Below, one piece after another: positions 60,000 through 64,000 of a stretch of 64,000 nt of DNA (within the stretch, counting starts at the first letter, position 1; the number at the start of each line of letters is the position of its first letter). Location of the stretch: assembly GCF_009834535.1 (NCBI RefSeq), contig NC_045696.1:39496001-39560000 (forward strand), read 5' to 3'. The translations under genes were made by a program, and so were the position numbers. The notes beneath the pieces were generated by a model. The model did no database searches and was not told the origin of the DNA. It saw only the letters and a list, made by a program, of their open reading frames with translations. Source of the stretch: Camelus ferus. Lineage: Eukaryota.

Positions 60000-61110
60000 C
60001 TGAAAGCTGGAATAAATTATGATGCTATTTATTCCAAAACAAGGAAATGGAAAACTACAACAGTCCCATCCAGGCAGGATTAGTCATGGCCTCCAGCCTT
60101 TAGGAGCAAAGGTTTGTGTCACCTACCAGGTAAAGATAACCAGCTGAGGTGCTTGTTGAAGCCAAAAAGAATACAGAGTGGGTAGTAATAGAAGGTGGTT
60201 ATAAATATCAGCTACAGCCACGTGACCAATCAGAAATGAAGACTATAATGGCCATGAGTATTAACTCATCATTAAGGAATATTAATAAGCAGCATTTCTT
60301 CCTATTGTTTTATTATGAATACATTTGAGGTTTCAACTGTATGGGTTCAAGGTCAACTGTATATCTTTGTTTTCTTTCCTTTCTTAATCCCTCATCACAT
60401 AACATAGATGTATTGACTTTATATTATGGTCAATCTTTATTGATTATATCTGAATATTAACTTAATAGGATTTAAGTTATAGCATTTCAAAGAGAAAAGT
60501 AAACATCAGTCAAGTACTTTACTTTCTCTTCTGGGAAAGGGGTTTGTACATTTTTGATTGTATGCAGAATAGTTGAATCATGTTAGGCAGAATTATGACC
60601 TTGTCATTGTCTTTCTTTTGAGATTAAGTATGGTTTAAGGAGATGGGTATGGGTGCCAAGTTGATAAGAGTTGGACTTGGTTAATTTTGTGTCCGCTTGA
60701 CTGGGTCATACAGTGCCCAGGGATTTAGCTGATGTTTTTCTGGATGTGTCTGTGAGGGTGTTTCTGGATGAGATTAGCACTTGAACTGGTGGGTTCAATA
60801 CAGCAGATTGCCCTCCTCAGTGTGGGTGGGTGTCATCCCATCCACTGAAGGCTTGGAGAATATGAAAGGCAGGAGAAGGGGGAATTCACCCTTTTTGCCT
60901 GACCACTGGAGCTGAACATTTGTCTTCCACCCTCAGACAGACTGACATCTTCAGTTCTCCTGGAATTCAGGTCTTTGGACTTAGACTGAATTACACCACC
61001 AGCTTTCTTGGGTCTCCAGCCTGTAGACAGCAGATTGTGGGACTTCTCAGCCTCCATAATCAAGTGAGCCAGTTCCTCTGTATAGATATATCTGATATCA
61101 TATATATGTA
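60000..61110 (+). mobile_element. ERVL internal 3' fragment followed by an MLT2 LTR (from about 60678)
   Basis: gggtgccaagttgataagagttggact (polypurine-tract-like) then ggttaatttt..cttgactgg...cagcctccataatcaagtgagcca. Confidence 0.75.
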
Positions 61111-63129
61111 TATATATCGTCAAGATTTATTCCTTTCTTGCTTTTTCTTACCTAATATTCCATATAGATATTCACATAATACCTGGTCCCATAAATTGGC
61201 ATAATCCATTAACTACAGATAAGAATAAAATTAGTCCATACCTGAATTTTTATTTGTCTTTTGGATTGTAACAACAACAACAAAGACTTAATGACTAAAT
61301 TTTTCAAATTATACCAAAGCAAGGGAAGTTGCATCGAAATAGATATATACATATCATACTGGTGGCATTTTAAATATATTCCATCTTTTTGGAAATAGCT
61401 TTGGTATCACATGTTTATGGAGCATTTTGAATTATTTTACATGGCTTTAGAAGCTACATATTTTTGGAATTAACCAGACATCTACTAGTGGGCCATGGTT
61501 TTTGTTCCAAGGTCCTTAGATGTTATCAATTAGTTGGTAGATAATTTATCTCACCATTTCATATAAATTGACCAGTTTGGTTTTGAAATCTATCAGGAGA
61601 TCTAAGACTGATAATTTTTAAATAAATTTTACTTGTGAATTTTTCAACTTCTATTTCTCTAAATTATTTTAAAATTTATAAAATGATTTCAAGAAAAAAG
61701 TTCAATCTTAACATAGCTCTAGAACACTTAAGTGAATTAGAAACCTAGTAGATACAAAGAACAACAAGATTTAATGATAGTATATGGTTTTGTTTTTTTT
61801 CAAATTAGCCCTGGAGCAAAAGGAAATAATTTTCCTCCATTGTTTGCCATTAGCTGCTCCTGTCTGCCTACCCCTGACTGCATTCAGGCCATTGCCAGTA
61901 AGTAACCTGCAGTTCTGGCTGGAAAGGGGGAAAAGGAAATGTAGAAACTTGTAGTTCAGAGCTGGCCTCTCCTAAAATTTGTCTTCCTGTGCCTCTCAGC
62001 AGCGTATTTCCTTAAAAGGATACTCATGTATATGCTTCCTCCAAAATCTTGAACTTGTTAATGATGCCCTAGATAGGGTCAAATGGAAGACTCCATAATG
62101 AGAGAGAAAAACCACCACTTGGAACAAAACTCCTGGTGAGATGCTCAACTCTGCCGATGATTTCAGCAAATCATTACCTTTCTAGCATCAGAGTTCTTAC
62201 CTGTAAAAAGAGGAGGGTGTCTAGCTTTTCAGTTCTGAATCTCTTTTCTGCTGTGACACACCTAGTGGATGAAGATCTCATAAACAAAAAATGTCCACTG
62301 AGGAAGCCCCAAAACATTTTCAGAGATAGACAGCAAAGAGCAGGTAGATTTTTAAAAATCTGTTTGTTGGTGGCTTTATTTTAACATAATATGTGAGGCT
62401 ATGATATATATAGTCCACTGAGAGCCAAATAAAGGGTCAGCGAATGAATTTTATTTCCCTCTAGTAGAGTGACTGATATAATGGTTTATGGAGACCTGTT
62501 TGGTTTTGACATAGCATTTCTAAAAGCCTTTATAAACTTGTGAGTTAAGAAGACTGCCATTTATTTCAGAAGCAAAAATAGAACTAAATTCTTAAAATTT
62601 TCTTTTCCAAAATGATATTTGATATATTTAAGTTCCTTACTCCAAGATAAACTAAACTGAATAGATTTCTTTTTGCCTTGGCATATTTCATCTTCTGATG
62701 GGACTCTCTAAAAGGGGAATAGAGCAAAGAGCATGTGCTCCCTGGAGCAATGTTTCTGGGAATAATGGTTTGGAAACGCTTCTGTGATGATGAGTATCAA
62801 AGATTTAGAGAAGGAGACCTTGGTCCTAATTCTGCTGTGATGTTAGGAAAATCATTGAAGTTTCAGTTTCATCCCGTGTAATTACTGGTGCACAGCTGTA
62901 TTTCCAAGAACTAAAGTAAATACAAAATAAATGAGTAAATTCTTAATAATTAATATGTTGTTGGATGAGGACAGATGCTTATTCTTACTATAGACAGAGT
63001 CAGTTCTTGTGACACATTTAAAATTTCTTCCTACTGACTGGAGTCATGGGAATTTGTTCCAAACGGACAATTTAATAAGCACCCATTAAGTGACCTGCTA
63101 TGTACTTTGAAAAATTCCTCTCTCAATTA

Positions 63130-64000
63130 TTACTCCCTCTGCCCCCTCCCCGAATGTAACCACTATCCTGACTTCTAATGCCATCATTTAGTTTGGGGGA
63201 CATTTTTATTCTGGGTTTTTTTAAGATTTGATTGTGATAAGTACACAGCATGAGATATATCCTCTTAAACTTTGAGTGTACATTGTTGTTGACTACAGGT
63301 ACAATGTCGTAGAGTTTATTCACCTTACTTTAACTAATACTTTGTCTGTTGAATAATACCATCATTTAGTTTGGCCTGATTTTCAAGCTTAATACATATT
63401 GAATCATACAGTGTGTATCAGTTTGTATCTGGCTTCTTTCATTCATCATGTTGATGAAATTCATTCATATTTTGCAATAAACAGGAGTTTGTTCATGTTC
63501 ACTGCTGAAGAGTTCTTCCATTGTTTGAATACACCACATTATATTTATCCATGCTTATGTGGGTAAGCATTTGTGGTGTTCCAAGATTGGGGCCATTATG
63601 AGTAGTACCGTGACAATCTGTATTCATGTGTATGCATTTCTGTTCGGAATGTGCATAAGAGCCGAAATTGCTCTGTCATATGGTGTGTGTACAAACCATT
63701 TTCATACACACTGCCAAGCAATTTTCTACAGTGGCTGTGCCAATGTGCTCTCTCACAACCAGTATGAGAGTTCCTCTTCTGTATCTCTGCACTTGGTATT
63801 GACAGTTTTTTCTTTTTCAATTTAGCCTTTCTGTTGGGGATAGGTTATCTGACTGTGGCTTGATTTACATTTCCCTGATAACTAATGGGGTTGAACATCT
63901 TTTCATAAATTTGCTGATCATTTGGCTATCCTCTTTTGTGAAGTACTTGTTTAAAAGCTTTTCTGAGCATATTTTAAATTGGGTTGTCTGTCCTATTGTG
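63130..64000 (-). mobile_element. Old L1 3' region fragments
   Basis: gtaaccactatcctgacttctaa; tttccctgataactaatggggttgaacatcttttcat. Confidence 0.7.

Overview
Mammalian genomic DNA, most likely camelid (a tRNA-derived SINE of the type typical of Camelidae lies at about 35.9 kb). The window holds two intact multi-exon genes facing away from each other. (1) CPOX (coproporphyrinogen III oxidase) is on the minus strand: 7 coding exons at 4367-15829, 443 aa, with a CpG-island promoter. (2) A divergent 4-exon ferritin-fold gene is on the plus strand at 40827-43973, 195 aa. It is probably the orthologue of the little-studied mouse oocyte genes Ftdc1/Ftdc2, and the ORF track shows only part of its last exon. 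It keeps the ferritin H/L intron positions. However, the ferroxidase ligand E62 is replaced by K, the 3-fold channel acids are replaced by R/K, helix E is replaced by a 40-aa polar tail, and there is no iron-responsive element (IRE). Its promoter and 3' UTR carry motifs compatible with oocyte expression. Also present are a decayed processed RPL12 pseudogene (about 51.5-52.1 kb) and many L1, MIR, L2, MaLR/ERVL LTR and MER-type DNA transposon relics plus microsatellites. Repeat family names and boundaries were assigned by eye and are approximate.
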